Made by a program: the position numbers and the translations under genes. Of a stretch of DNA of 64,000 bases, positions 42,390 through 53,387 are shown in pieces. The notes under the pieces were generated by a model that did not search any database, had not been told where the DNA came from, and saw nothing but the letters and a program-made list of their open reading frames with translations. The number at the start of each line of letters is the position of its first letter. The stretch's first letter is position 1. Source of the DNA: Naegleria gruberi (lineage: Eukaryota); assembly GCA_000004985.1 (NCBI GenBank), contig GG738870.1, one strand, 5' to 3'.

Positions 42390-44012
42390 TTAATAGGACT
42401 TGATATGGTGCTGCTGCTGCGAAGAAGAAGAAGAGGAATGGTATTGGTGTGAAATGATTGGTCTTGGGTGTCTTGGTGTTGAACTGAAAACATTGGAAAA
42501 ATCCCAACTACTTAAAGTTGTCTTGAAACAGAATGGGGCTAACAGTGACAATAAAACAAAAACTGTACCAGGGAAGTAAATGTAAATGACAAATTGAACA
42601 AAATCAATGTCAGGGAAGAAGACGTACATTAAGAAGAAGGCTAACCAAATGACAACGAGCTGGACAACACAGGCATATCTAAATACCAAATCCCAATCAT
42701 CTTCAGAGGCATTCCATAACTCTAATATAAAATCTTTGAGAGATAAATTCTTCAAATGATTCCATAAATTGATAAAAGTATTGTGTGGTTCTTCAATTTC
42801 CTTTGGTTGTTTTGAATTTTGATCTATTGGCTTGGCTTCCTTAATTTCTTTTTGGGCCTTCATTTGTTTTTCCATATTTCTCTTTGTACAACTTCTGTAG
42901 AAAATAATGGCCAAGTAGAATAACACTTCAGAGGAGTGATCAATAGTCATGATGAGTTTTTGTACCATTGGTGGATACTTGAAATTGTCCAAGAGATATA
43001 ACCAAGGTACTTCTACGAAAATTTCTTCAGTATAAATTGGCCAGAACATTTTCACACCCTTCATATAGATTACATCCAATAGAGTGTGGAAAATAAAACC
43101 AACCAATAATCCAATTGCAAATGGAATGTTAAGCCATTCGTGGTCCTGTTGAAGTTTTTCCCAGAATGACAACGATGTTTTTTCTTCCGATAATTGTTGT
43201 GAAATATTCTTTTGTGGTGCTGCTGCTGAAAATTCAGAATCTGTTGGGAGGGATTCATCCTCTTCCTCTTGAACTTTCACTTGTTCGGTTTGCATCTTCA
43301 TTTTAGCTACTAATTTTCTATCCTTCTCATTGTACAAATAGACAAAGTAAAGTAAAAGTGGTAAAAAGAATACTAGAGAGTGAGTGGCACCTCTGTGTAA
43401 TGTTTCAGCAACTTCCTTATGTTGATCAGGACCCCAACCCAAGAATAAGAAAGAAAGTATAATTGTAAGAATAACAACACACAAGTCAATGTCTGGTAAT
43501 ATGGAACCAACAAGAAGACCATATTGGAACCATTCTCGGTCGCTCTTTCTATAGTAAATTCTATGAAGAATTGGTGTGAGTCCATCTTCTCCTCCAATAG
43601 AGAAGGCAGGTTTAGAGGCGTACGTACTCGTACTTGCTGCTGTTTTTTCATAGCAACACTCGGAATGATGAGGAAGAGAGGTAGACGAAGACTTGATACT
43701 AGTCTCACAACAAGGGTCTACTTCTAATGATGAGGACAAGGTTTTGCAAACTTTGGAAGGATTCTCAACAGTTGAGGTTATGGAAGAATCGGCAATTTTG
43801 GAGAGGGATGATGAAGATGAGCTATTAGAGTTGGACTTGGCAAGTTGTTGTTGTTGTTGTTGGACAGTGGAGGTAGTGGTGGCGTTATTGTTAATAGCTA
43901 TCGATGATGAAAGGGATCGTTTCCTTCTTCTCGTAGCATCCACCAGGAAGGCTATCCATTGAAATATATAGAATAATAAGAGACCAAACAGAAAATGTAT
44001 TCCTCCAGGCAT
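42390..44012 (-). CDS. Multi-pass membrane protein with a poly-Q/Ser-rich luminal or cytosolic insert.
   Basis: ATG at 44012. At least six hydrophobic segments. QQQQQQ and S-runs. No confident family assignment (weak YdjM/DUF457-like N-terminus MPGGIHFLFGLLL). Confidence 0.5.
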   Translation of the reverse strand: MPGGIHFLFGLLLFYIFQWIAFLVDATRRRKRSLSSSIAINNNATTTSTVQQQQQQLAKSNSNSSSSSSLSKIADSSITSTVENPSKVCKTLSSSLEVDPCCETSIKSSSTSLPHHSECCYEKTAASTSTYASKPAFSIGGEDGLTPILHRIYYRKSDREWFQYGLLVGSILPDIDLCVVILTIILSFLFLGWGPDQHKEVAETLHRGATHSLVFFLPLLLYFVYLYNEKDRKLVAKMKMQTEQVKVQEEEDESLPTDSEFSAAAPQKNISQQLSEEKTSLSFWEKLQQDHEWLNIPFAIGLLVGFIFHTLLDVIYMKGVKMFWPIYTEEIFVEVPWLYLLDNFKYPPMVQKLIMTIDHSSEVLFYLAIIFYRSCTKRNMEKQMKAQKEIKEAKPIDQNSKQPKEIEEPHNTFINLWNHLKNLSLKDFILELWNASEDDWDLVFRYACVVQLVVIWLAFFLMYVFFPDIDFVQFVIYIYFPGTVFVLLSLLAPFCFKTTLSSWDFSNVFSSTPRHPRPIISHQYHSSSSSSQQQHHIKSY

Positions 44013-45173
44013 AGTGTTACAATGTTGTTGTTATATAGGTTTGTTGTTGTTGTTTTAAAGAGAGTGAAAATATCTTTTGATATTAATTCAATATAATAAA
44101 TTGATGAATAAATAACAAGAATGATGATGTGTAAGTCCACAAAGAAGCTTATTACCTAGTTGTTTTTTGTAGTAATATAATTGTAGTAAAAACTTGAGTG
44201 AATATTCTTATTATACACTCCTCGATAGTAGAGAGAGAGAATTTTGTATTCTTGATGATGATTGAAATGACTCAACAAGACAATACAGTGGAATGGAAAC
44301 TCTTGCAAAATCTTTCCACTCTATTTCCACTCCAGAAATACACAAAGTGAAATAACAACACTTGATGAAGGACAATAAGTTCACACACACTACTAGTAGT
44401 ATATCGTATTGTCTTTCCTGCAACTAAACAAAAGTACTGCTTGTGCTGATACCAGGGAATGGATCGTTTTTTTCAATAAAATTCAAAAAGATTCGGGCTG
44501 CGAGAGCATGATTTTACGTTGGGTACCCTTCAGCGTCATCACAGCAAAGATGAAATTTTTTCAAATGCTTATTCTCAACGTTAGTGGACGTGAGAATTTA
44601 TTACTCGATTAAGAAGCACAACTTTTATGATTTGCAAATTGCCGAAGGGAAATCGAGCTTGTGATGGTAAGCTGTTCGATATTTATTTTGCTTATGAGGG
44701 TATCTTTATCAATTTATTATCAAGTAATGTAATTAAATAATATATTCAATATAGAATAATATTTCATATGAAAATTGTTGTTGCATGGGTAAAAATGTTG
44801 TTATCGGACATGGAAATAAGTTTCTAATTTGAAGCAAAAGTACAGTCCTGATAACTCAGATTCTATTTTAACAAGTAAGATGATGTGCATGTTTCTAATT
44901 AAAAAGCAAAGCTAGTAACACAACTATTAGCACTAACAATTCAAAATTTTCCTCAATGTCGTTCAAGAAGGAATTACGGCAACAGCTGTCGTATGAGCAA
45001 TGTGAAAATTGTTAAGCTTGTAATCATTGCTTTACAAATTGGAAACACAACTCATATGACAAGTCATGAATTTGAGCAAATGGCTCCAATTAATAGAAAG
45101 ATTGACGTGACAGATGAAAAACTTTACACAAAGTTCTAGTATCTTTGTTTTTGATCAAGCTTAAATCGTAACA

Positions 45174-46601
45174 ATGCTTCCAAATGATACAACGTGTTCA
45201 TCAACACTGTCAACATGTCACATCCACCTTCAAAAAAAATACAACACCATGAAAAAGGAACGTAAATCTTTACTTTCAGGTTTGAGACCACAAATCCTCA
45301 AAATTCTAGAGGTAGACGAATGTTTGCAACATTTTAAAGAATTCTGTGTAAAAGCTCACACCATAGAAAGTTTAGATTGCATATTAGAGATCAAGAATTT
45401 TATGGAATCAGATGAAATTCTCTCTGTGAAGCAGAATAGATTGAATACCATATGTAAAACCTATGTACTGGGCAATTCGGATGTCAATATAAACGCAGAG
45501 ATGAGGAATAATTTACTTCGATACAACAATGAGACCATTGAAATCTTTACTGAACAATACGAAACAATTAGGAAAGCTCTAGAAAGTATTAGAGATGAAT
45601 TGATTGGCATTCTAGGTTGGAGAGTACCCCATTTTGTTGAAAGTAAGCATTGGCACGAATTTACATTGGAATATCCCCAATTGTTGTCGTTGTGTCTTTC
45701 TGAGATGGATCAGAAAAAATACGAAAGCATCAGATATAGAAAGGAAGACTTCCTCAGAGATAGATTTTCAGAGAAGGAAGTACTGCTGTGTGAATTTATG
45801 AAAGACGATCAATCAATGTTCAAACTTGAGAAGTCAGATCTGGATGGATGTTTGTCAGTTTTTTCATGTGATGGTTCTGTTTTATTAGATGAAAAAGATA
45901 TTGGAATGGGCAAATTTCAGGGTTTTAAGGTTGCTGGATCACTACCTTATCCTTCATGGTTGATTATATTGGCCTTATCTAGCAGTAAATTCCATGCAGG
46001 TACTTGGGAAGGATATCGATTTGATAGAGAGTATGATTTCAGATTTATTCCTTCCTCTGAAGAGAATGGTCAACTATTTTATGACACCCACATTTCAAAG
46101 CTTGTTGTGAAGTATACTAAATTAGCAGAGCACCGTTCTTGTTATTGTATGACTGAAAATTTGTACAAGTCTAACAGAACGTATATGGTTAATAAGTCAA
46201 TTACACCACAAGCTGGTAGATATGTGCCTAATTATTATGAAGAGGATATTAATCAAGATATATTTGGAGAATATGAAACACTGCATTCACCACTTGGTGA
46301 TAATCAATCCTTATTCTCCTATGGCAATCTTACTAATCCAGGTGGTATGTTACTATCCAAACTAGGCACTCCTCAAAAGAGATTATTAGATATTGCCACC
46401 ACTTACAGAGAAAATATAATAGGTAATATTAAGAAAATATTGGAAAATGATGGACGTATCTTGAAAACTATGGAATCTGTGTATAGTACAGTTAAAACCA
46501 GATTGGACAGATACAAAATTGCTTCTAAATCTACTGATCCTCATATATTTGAATTATCATTCGAAGAACAATTAAAAAATTTAGTGATTCCAAAAGAATA
46601 A
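45174..46601 (+). CDS. RGS-domain protein.
   Basis: ATG at 45174. N-terminal RGS-like box: LQHFKEFCVKAHTIESLDCILEIKNFMES ... ICKTYVLGNSDVNINAEMRNNL. Confidence 0.55.
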   Translation: MLPNDTTCSSTLSTCHIHLQKKYNTMKKERKSLLSGLRPQILKILEVDECLQHFKEFCVKAHTIESLDCILEIKNFMESDEILSVKQNRLNTICKTYVLGNSDVNINAEMRNNLLRYNNETIEIFTEQYETIRKALESIRDELIGILGWRVPHFVESKHWHEFTLEYPQLLSLCLSEMDQKKYESIRYRKEDFLRDRFSEKEVLLCEFMKDDQSMFKLEKSDLDGCLSVFSCDGSVLLDEKDIGMGKFQGFKVAGSLPYPSWLIILALSSSKFHAGTWEGYRFDREYDFRFIPSSEENGQLFYDTHISKLVVKYTKLAEHRSCYCMTENLYKSNRTYMVNKSITPQAGRYVPNYYEEDINQDIFGEYETLHSPLGDNQSLFSYGNLTNPGGMLLSKLGTPQKRLLDIATTYRENIIGNIKKILENDGRILKTMESVYSTVKTRLDRYKIASKSTDPHIFELSFEEQLKNLVIPKE

Positions 46602-46794
46602 AATTTCCAGTTTCTCTAAAAGGAATTGTAATATCGTATGTACTGTTAGTACTGTTATCAAGAGAAGTCAATTGAGATTGCATCGAGTCGAGCATTGAAT
46701 CCTTACTGGATATGCAACTAGATGGATTTTAGAGTCCTGGATATTTTGTGGAGAATTGTGGAAAATGAAGGTTGTTATTATGTACATTGGAAAT

Positions 46795-47874
46795 TTACAA
46801 TTTGCTTGGTTTTTGACCATCCTCAACAAGATTGGCAGGAACCATAACCTTGGCTTGTCCTTGCATAATGAGAATATCTCCTTGTTTTTCATCATTTCTG
46901 TAGCAATTGGTCTTGAGTGTGATAATTTTTCTTTGTAGGTCAATATCCTCAATTTCAACACGAGCTTTGACTTTCTCTCCAACTGGAAGTGGTTGTTTGT
47001 ATTTGTAAGTTTGTTCTAGGTAAACTGTGCCGTCTCCAGGAAGATGAGCTCCCAAAATTCCTGAGATTAGGGAAGTCAGCAATTGTCCATGAACAATTGG
47101 TTTCTTAAATCTTGTCTTACTAGCAAATTCAGCATTCAAGTGAATTGGATTGAAATCTTCACTCAACTCGGCAAATTTCTTAACATGTTCATGAGTGTAC
47201 TTTTTGGAAATCTCTGCAAACATTCCAACCTTCAATGGAAGAGTCTTATTAGTTGTAACATTACTAGTCACTGGATGAAATTGATAACTTTCATATTTAG
47301 TAATGGCTTCTCTCCAAAAATCTGGAATTGGTTCCTTAGTTTTCTTTGCAAAATCATAATATACAATTACTGTTAATTTGAATTTTCAAAATGAGTGGAT
47401 TATGAAACAGAGTTCAGTTAGAGGAAGGACATTTGAATGTACATACCTGCTTCTGCTTCACACCAAACTTGTCCCTCATAGGAAACTCTATAGTGTTGAG
47501 TGAATGAAGAGCTGCCAACTTGTGAGGTACGAATGAATACATCACATTGTTTAAATCCCTTTCCTGGTGCAATACATCTCATATCACACTGTTAAACACA
47601 TTAATTGTTTCAAATAATATTAGAAGAATTAGCTTACCTTCAATAATACGAAAGGATAGGTCAATGATTCTGGATCCAACAAATTCAATGTATTTGGTCC
47701 AAAATAATCAGTTCTAGCCTCTTCAAACAATGTCAAATAAATAGCATTATTCAAAACCTTCTGATTGTCTTCATCACTCCATCTAGTTGCCAATGTAACT
47801 CGATGTCTAAAGACTGTTCCTGCAGGAATAACTCCCTTCTCTCTTGGTGCTTGTGATGATGATGATGCAGACAT
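46795..47874 (-). CDS. Double hot-dog MaoC-like (R)-specific enoyl-CoA hydratase / hydroxyacyl-thioester dehydratase (HTD2-like). Three exons: 47638..47874, 47447..47588 and 46795..47369.
   Basis: ATG at 47874 (MSASSSSQAPREK...). GTAAGC donor at 47637, acceptor at 47589. GTATGT donor at 47446, acceptor ...attaacag at 47370. Phases are consistent and there are no stops. The C-terminal exon carries the MaoC signature FAELSEDFNPIHLN ... HGQLLTSLISG. Confidence 0.7.
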
Positions 47875-48213
47875 TTTAAATCTCGATTCTGATGATGGTT
47901 TGAATTGAAAAAAACAATTTCCGAACTTGAGTAAAAATACAACGATCAGCAAGAGTTTTGTTGTTGATCTTTTTTTTGTGTGCTTTAATTTTCCTGATTA
48001 CATTTAATTTTTTAATTTGGATTCTTTGATGGATTCTTGTAGCATTGAAAGTTGTTAATTTTCCGGTAAATCTTGTAGTTGGATTTTGTAAACTTTGTAT
48101 CATTGTTAATAAGGGAGTGAAAGAGAATGTGCATTGTGAATGGCAAATCCTCTCTAATGGATGAATTTTCTGAAAGAAATGAATATGTAAATAAAAGAAT
48201 CAATTAGAATATA

Positions 48214-48286
48214 GCCCGTCTAGCTCAGTCGGTAGAGCGCAAGGCTCTTAACCTTGTGGTCGTGGGTTCGACCCCCACGGTGGGCG
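48214..48286 (+). tRNA. tRNA-Lys (anticodon CTT).
   Basis: GCCCGTCTAGCTCAGTCGGTAGAGCGCAAGGCTCTTAACCTTGTGGTCGTGGGTTCGACCCCCACGGTGGGCG, a canonical Lys-CTT sequence. T-rich terminator at 48294-48304. Confidence 0.9.
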
Positions 48287-48418
48287 TTTCATATTTTATT
48301 TTTTACCTATTCGAAAGGAAGTGAATCTTTTTGATTTTCTATTTTGTTTAAAACAAGTTCAATACTTTCCGATCGTTTACAATTTTTAAATATTAAAAAA
48401 AAGAAAATTACAAAAAAA

Positions 48419-49348
48419 ATGTCATTGCTGAATCAAGATGAGGAGTGCTGTACAGTGGAATTGATTGATTTCTCCAGTTGTTGCAATAGTGACTCATATC
48501 AAGATCCAATGATCGGAATGTTGAAACAAAAACTTAGATCACCAAAGCGAATCGCCTTCTCCAACAAATTTGAAGAATTCAAAAGTATTGAATTTGATGA
48601 TGATGTGTATGATGTTAGGATTTCTAGATCCTGCTCATTGATAGTTGTTGTTAAGAGTAACTGTTTTGTTTTTATTGATTATGAAACATTGGAAATCAAG
48701 CAACAAGTAGAAACTGCATGCATATATTTCGAACTTGAGGAAGATTATGATAATTGTGGAAATGATGCCTTGTTGATGAATCATAATAGGATTATTTCGA
48801 AATATGATTTGAAACAATTTATAATTACAGAAGGGAGTTGTCAACCCATTTGGACCTATCGTACTGAGACAGATATAACTATTACTAGCAAACCAATTAA
48901 TGCTATGATTTTGGATGGAAAAAAAGTTGTGATCTTTAATGAGGATAATTGTATGACTTTTCTTGATGCCAAGACAGGAACAAAGCTAATGGAGTACACA
49001 ATCAAATTGGAGAGCTCTGTTTCTGGATGCTTTGAACCTGATCGTAGGAAACCAAATACTCTGTATCTCTTCATGAAGGAAATGATGAAATTTGAATATG
49101 AGAATGGGAATTGGAAATGTACCTCATTTGCTACCGGTCATAGTAATATTGATGGATTAGGCATGGATAGAGTATCTGGTATTCTTTATTTTAGTGGATA
49201 TTGTGAGAGCAAATGGAGCATTTCTGCATATACAACTTGTGGAACTTTTATTGGAACACATTCTGTCACTTGCTCTGGTTTTTACATTGACGAGAGAACA
49301 GGGTTAATGTACATGGCAGAAACGGGCAAGATTTCAATTGTGAAATAA
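48419..49348 (+). CDS. Hypothetical Cys-containing protein.
   Basis: ATG at 48419 in an A-rich context (MSLLNQDEECC...). 310-aa ORF with no recognised domain. Confidence 0.45.
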   Translation: MSLLNQDEECCTVELIDFSSCCNSDSYQDPMIGMLKQKLRSPKRIAFSNKFEEFKSIEFDDDVYDVRISRSCSLIVVVKSNCFVFIDYETLEIKQQVETACIYFELEEDYDNCGNDALLMNHNRIISKYDLKQFIITEGSCQPIWTYRTETDITITSKPINAMILDGKKVVIFNEDNCMTFLDAKTGTKLMEYTIKLESSVSGCFEPDRRKPNTLYLFMKEMMKFEYENGNWKCTSFATGHSNIDGLGMDRVSGILYFSGYCESKWSISAYTTCGTFIGTHSVTCSGFYIDERTGLMYMAETGKISIVK

Positions 49349-49989
49349 TGAATTAACATTTGGTTTTTTCGATTTGGTAATCTTCTTATTAGTGTTGATT
49401 TACACGACCATAGTTTTCATGGAGGATTTATGCAGTATCCATCAACTTGCTGTTTGTTCAGGATTCAAATTCCAATTTGTTTTGGAGTATCTAATTAATG
49501 GCAATAATCAAAAAAGAAAAGACTACAGCACCACAGGTTCCCAAGTTGTCTCCAACCTCAGTACTGATGTGGCTCGACGATGCTTAACTTCTCAAATCGG
49601 ACGGGATGAGGTGCATTCATCGTGATATGGCCGTAGCCATTCAATTCTTTAAATTGTTCAATATTAATGTGTCTACTCATGGGAAATTCAAATATCAATA
49701 TATAACAGCTCACAAAGTTCATTCTTAATTTTAATCAACACTAAAATCTACAAATAGAGAGAAAGATACTAAGCAATAATGAGTTAAAACAAAATTAAAG
49801 AATCAATGGTTGAATTATCCAAGACTATTTTCGGAGTCAGTTAACAAGCAAAATAAATGAAGTTCCTCTAACTTCCTCAAAATGTTACCACCATAACCAT
49901 GTCCTCCCATTTAAAGCAAGTCTACACGGAGTTAACAAGCAAAATAAATTTTCGCTTGGATTTTCCACATAGTTTCTCCCACAAAAAAA

Positions 49990-50592
49990 ATGATCCTCCA
50001 ACGAATCCTTTTCGTCTGCATTCTTTTAACTTGGATTGGACTTTCTCTTGCATTGTCCATCCACAAGCCAAAACTTGTCTCCACCCTTTCCAAAACCTCA
50101 CAAAAAGAACAATTCCTCATCACAACATACTTTGATTACTTTAATTGCAAAAGTATGGACTATTTGAAATCAATAACCATTGAGCCAGTCACCTCAAGCA
50201 ATAAATTTTACTGTCAAAACACCCAATGTTACACCACCAGTCATTGGGATATAACCATGAATTATAGATGTGTCTATTCTGAATTGAGTGATCTCTTCAA
50301 GAACTATTCCATGCCACTTGCAATCGAATATCAATACGATACTGAAAATGGAGGCAACACATGCAAAGATGATTTATTGCAAGAAATTACAGCCTATCCA
50401 GCAGCAGATTGTATTGAGAGAAATCACATTCCAATCACTTATGAATGTAAGAATGGTTATTATATTGAAACTCTTTACAATGCATCAACCCCAACTACTG
50501 AACCATGTCAATCTAATAATATTATTAAGCAAACAAAGATTCCAATCAATACTTGCACCACTGATGGTTACATGTATAATTGTAATCAATAA
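49990..50592 (+). CDS. Hypothetical secreted Cys-rich protein.
   Basis: ATG at 49990 after A8. Signal-peptide-like MILQRILFVCILLTWIGLSLALS. About 12 Cys in the mature part. Confidence 0.5.
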   Translation: MILQRILFVCILLTWIGLSLALSIHKPKLVSTLSKTSQKEQFLITTYFDYFNCKSMDYLKSITIEPVTSSNKFYCQNTQCYTTSHWDITMNYRCVYSELSDLFKNYSMPLAIEYQYDTENGGNTCKDDLLQEITAYPAADCIERNHIPITYECKNGYYIETLYNASTPTTEPCQSNNIIKQTKIPINTCTTDGYMYNCNQ

Positions 50593-50624
50593 AGTAAATA
50601 ATCAAAATTAAAAGTTAAAAGGTG

Positions 50625-50695
50625 TAGGAAGACAGGGAATCGAACCCTGATCTTAGGAACCACAATCCCATGTTCTACCACTGAACTATCTCCCT
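50625..50695 (-). tRNA. tRNA-His (anticodon GTG), copy 2. Identical in sequence to copy 1.
   Basis: The reverse complement is the same 71 nt as 36549-36619. The 5' flank AAGGGAGAT and 3' flank ACACCTTTT are shared with copy 1. Confidence 0.85.
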
Positions 50696-50820
50696 TCTTC
50701 TTGCCTTAAGATTAATTTTATAATTATTGTACAATTCTTCTCCCATTGCTAATAATTTACATTTATTGCTACAATCAATTTTATCCACATTCATTTCCTT
50801 CAATGTTATATTGTGCACAA

Positions 50821-51642
50821 TCAGTGGTGAGTGTGCTCTTCTTCCTTTCCTTCATGTTTCTTTGCTAATTTATCCAATACACCTTGAGCATTGGTCAAGG
50901 TTTCGTTCACGAGAGCATGAGCTCCACCAATCTTTACTCCCACATGGGCACAACAAGCATTATCAAAGTCCCAATCATGTAACAAATTCTCAAGCCATTC
51001 CTTAAATAATTGAGGAGCAGTTTCAGTCTTATTCAAACCACCATTAGTCATTGAAGGATGGAAATCCATTTGACCTGACTTTTTTCCCAAAACCTTGAAC
51101 AACAATGAAGGATTATCAAAGTAATTAATAGTATCATCTACGTGAATGGTCTTGGCAACAGGTGAGAAGACCCAAACAGAATTGAAATGGTTAGTAGATT
51201 CAGGAACTGGTGCAACAAATTCAGCACCAGCTGGAATTCTCATTTCTACATCTGGAGACCATTTGTTGAGATGATCCATAATATTACCAGCCCATGGAAT
51301 ATCCTTCTGATTACGAATATGTCTTGGAGTTCCATAATAAGATGCACTGGAATAGTTTTTATAAAAATCAGGGAAAGCAAGTGTATGGAACGGATGAGTT
51401 GCAACAACAGCTTCAATATCAACTCCATTATTTGTCAATTCATCAATTTCCTTTTTCAATTCTTCATCCAATGGTACTGTATCAATGACCAAATATTTTC
51501 CATTCGATAATCTAATCAATGACATGTGTGTACCAATATTAATCAAGCCTTTAATCTTGAATGATGCTCTAATATTGAAAAAGTTTTTTCCGATCTCCTT
51601 GATTCTCTTCTCGACCACAACTGCTGATGATTGATTGCCCAT
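50821..51642 (-). CDS. Conserved hypothetical protein with an N-myristoylation motif (MGNQSS).
   Basis: ATG at 51642 (aaaaaaATG). Gly2 with Ser6. 273-aa globular protein with a His-rich C-terminus (HTHH). Family not recognised with confidence. Confidence 0.5.
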   Translation of the reverse strand: MGNQSSAVVVEKRIKEIGKNFFNIRASFKIKGLINIGTHMSLIRLSNGKYLVIDTVPLDEELKKEIDELTNNGVDIEAVVATHPFHTLAFPDFYKNYSSASYYGTPRHIRNQKDIPWAGNIMDHLNKWSPDVEMRIPAGAEFVAPVPESTNHFNSVWVFSPVAKTIHVDDTINYFDNPSLLFKVLGKKSGQMDFHPSMTNGGLNKTETAPQLFKEWLENLLHDWDFDNACCAHVGVKIGGAHALVNETLTNAQGVLDKLAKKHEGKEEEHTHH

Positions 51643-52164
51643 TTTTTTGTGTTTTTGTTGTATTTTTAAAATCTTGAATTGTCGTTGTATTTAAAGTATT
51701 CATTGGAACCATTCGAGTACGTCCTTCCACACCATCATGTACTTCCACTAGCTGATCAGTAAGCTAATATAACAAAAACAATTGGAGTTGAATTTCTTAT
51801 TCAGAAAGTAGAGATGATTAAGAAATTGGACATACTAGGAAAATAACAATTTGGCAAGAGATGATTATGGAGTACTTTTCGTTTGGTTGATTCTGGAGTT
51901 TGCTAAGTTATTGGAACGGATGCAAAGCATAAGAAGTTTCAGATGAACAGTGTAAATGGTTGAATGTTGTTATATTGCAAAATCAATCCTTTTTTTCTAA
52001 TAGAAATCAATAATTGAAACAGGACATTAGTAAAGTATGCGTTGCACATTAAAATATTATCCTGTAGTTCAAGAAAATATGTTGCGTTTCCAATTCGATT
52101 AGACCCTTCTAATTGATCATGTCCTTGGAGTAGATTCTCCGCCAAACTATTTAAACAAATTCCA

Positions 52165-53133
52165 ATGAAATATTGTCAATTAAAAACAGTTCAAAAAAAG
52201 TACTTTCAATTAATTACAATGCTCTCCACCAACAGTACCATTACAAACAATATAATGAAAAGAATTGTCATTTTGACAGGAGCCAGTGATGGAATCGGAA
52301 AAGCAGCTGTTCACCATTTAGTCAAGGCAAATTGTCATGTAATTTTGGCATGTAGATCCAAGGAAAAAGCTGAGCTTGTCATACAACAAGTAAGAGAGAA
52401 TTATAAGGATGCATCTATGGAATTCGCAAAACTTGATTTGGCAGACTTGGAAAGTGTTTCTCAATTCTCAAAGAATTTTCTCCAAAGAAATATTCCACTC
52501 CATTCTCTAATTTGTAATGCTGGTGTTTGGACTGATAATCAGAGGAAAACAACAGTACAAGGTTGGGAATTAACGTATGGAACTAACCACTTGGGCCACT
52601 TTGTATTGGTCAACTTGTTGTTGAACAAGTTGAGGGAGACCTTGTCTTCTAGAGTTTTGATTGTCAGCTCTGGACTTCATCCAAAAGGAAATGTCAAACA
52701 ATTATTGAAAGATCCAAATTATGAAAGTGGCAAGTTCTCTGGAAAGACTGCTTATTGTAATAGTAAATTGGCAAACGTATTGTTCGGTTATGGTTTGGCC
52801 AATAGATTGGCAGAAATGAATGGACAATCATCCAATTCGAATGGTAAGGTGAGTGTCATGGTATGGGAACCTGGTGTTGTGAGAACTAGCTTATTTGATG
52901 AGGCATTTGGATTTTTGGCATATCCAATTGGTGCCTTGTTTTTCCAAAAACCTGAAAAGGCCAGTGAACCAGAAGTGCATTATGCTATTGATTTTGAACA
53001 TCCTGTTGAGGGCATGAAGTATTTTGCCCAGTGGAAGGAAACGGAGAGTTGTACTGATAGTTATAACAAAACCTATCAGGATGAATTGTGGAATATGAGT
53101 TTGGAACAAACAAGAAAGTACCTTGACATGTAA
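52165..53133 (+). CDS. Short-chain dehydrogenase/reductase (retinol-dehydrogenase / WWOX-like SDR).
   Basis: TGASDGIGKA (TGxxxGIG), NAG motif (CNAGVW) and catalytic YCNSKLANVLF (YxxxK). Confidence 0.8.
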   Translation: MKYCQLKTVQKKYFQLITMLSTNSTITNNIMKRIVILTGASDGIGKAAVHHLVKANCHVILACRSKEKAELVIQQVRENYKDASMEFAKLDLADLESVSQFSKNFLQRNIPLHSLICNAGVWTDNQRKTTVQGWELTYGTNHLGHFVLVNLLLNKLRETLSSRVLIVSSGLHPKGNVKQLLKDPNYESGKFSGKTAYCNSKLANVLFGYGLANRLAEMNGQSSNSNGKVSVMVWEPGVVRTSLFDEAFGFLAYPIGALFFQKPEKASEPEVHYAIDFEHPVEGMKYFAQWKETESCTDSYNKTYQDELWNMSLEQTRKYLDM

Positions 53134-53387
53134 ATTCACATCTTTTCCAATCAATAAATTGTAAATATTTTGAATGAAATTTTTCAATCACATTTTGTAA
53201 CATTTCCATAGTATTATTATTTCCATTCATGGAAATTTACATACATGTTCACAGCATGCATGATTGAAATATGTAAATAGTACAATAATAAAGCTGAACA
53301 TAATCATGAAATATTCCAAATTAGAGCATTAGCAACGATAACTATAAAACCAGTTATCTTGTCTTGCTAATTAACATATTTTTGAAA

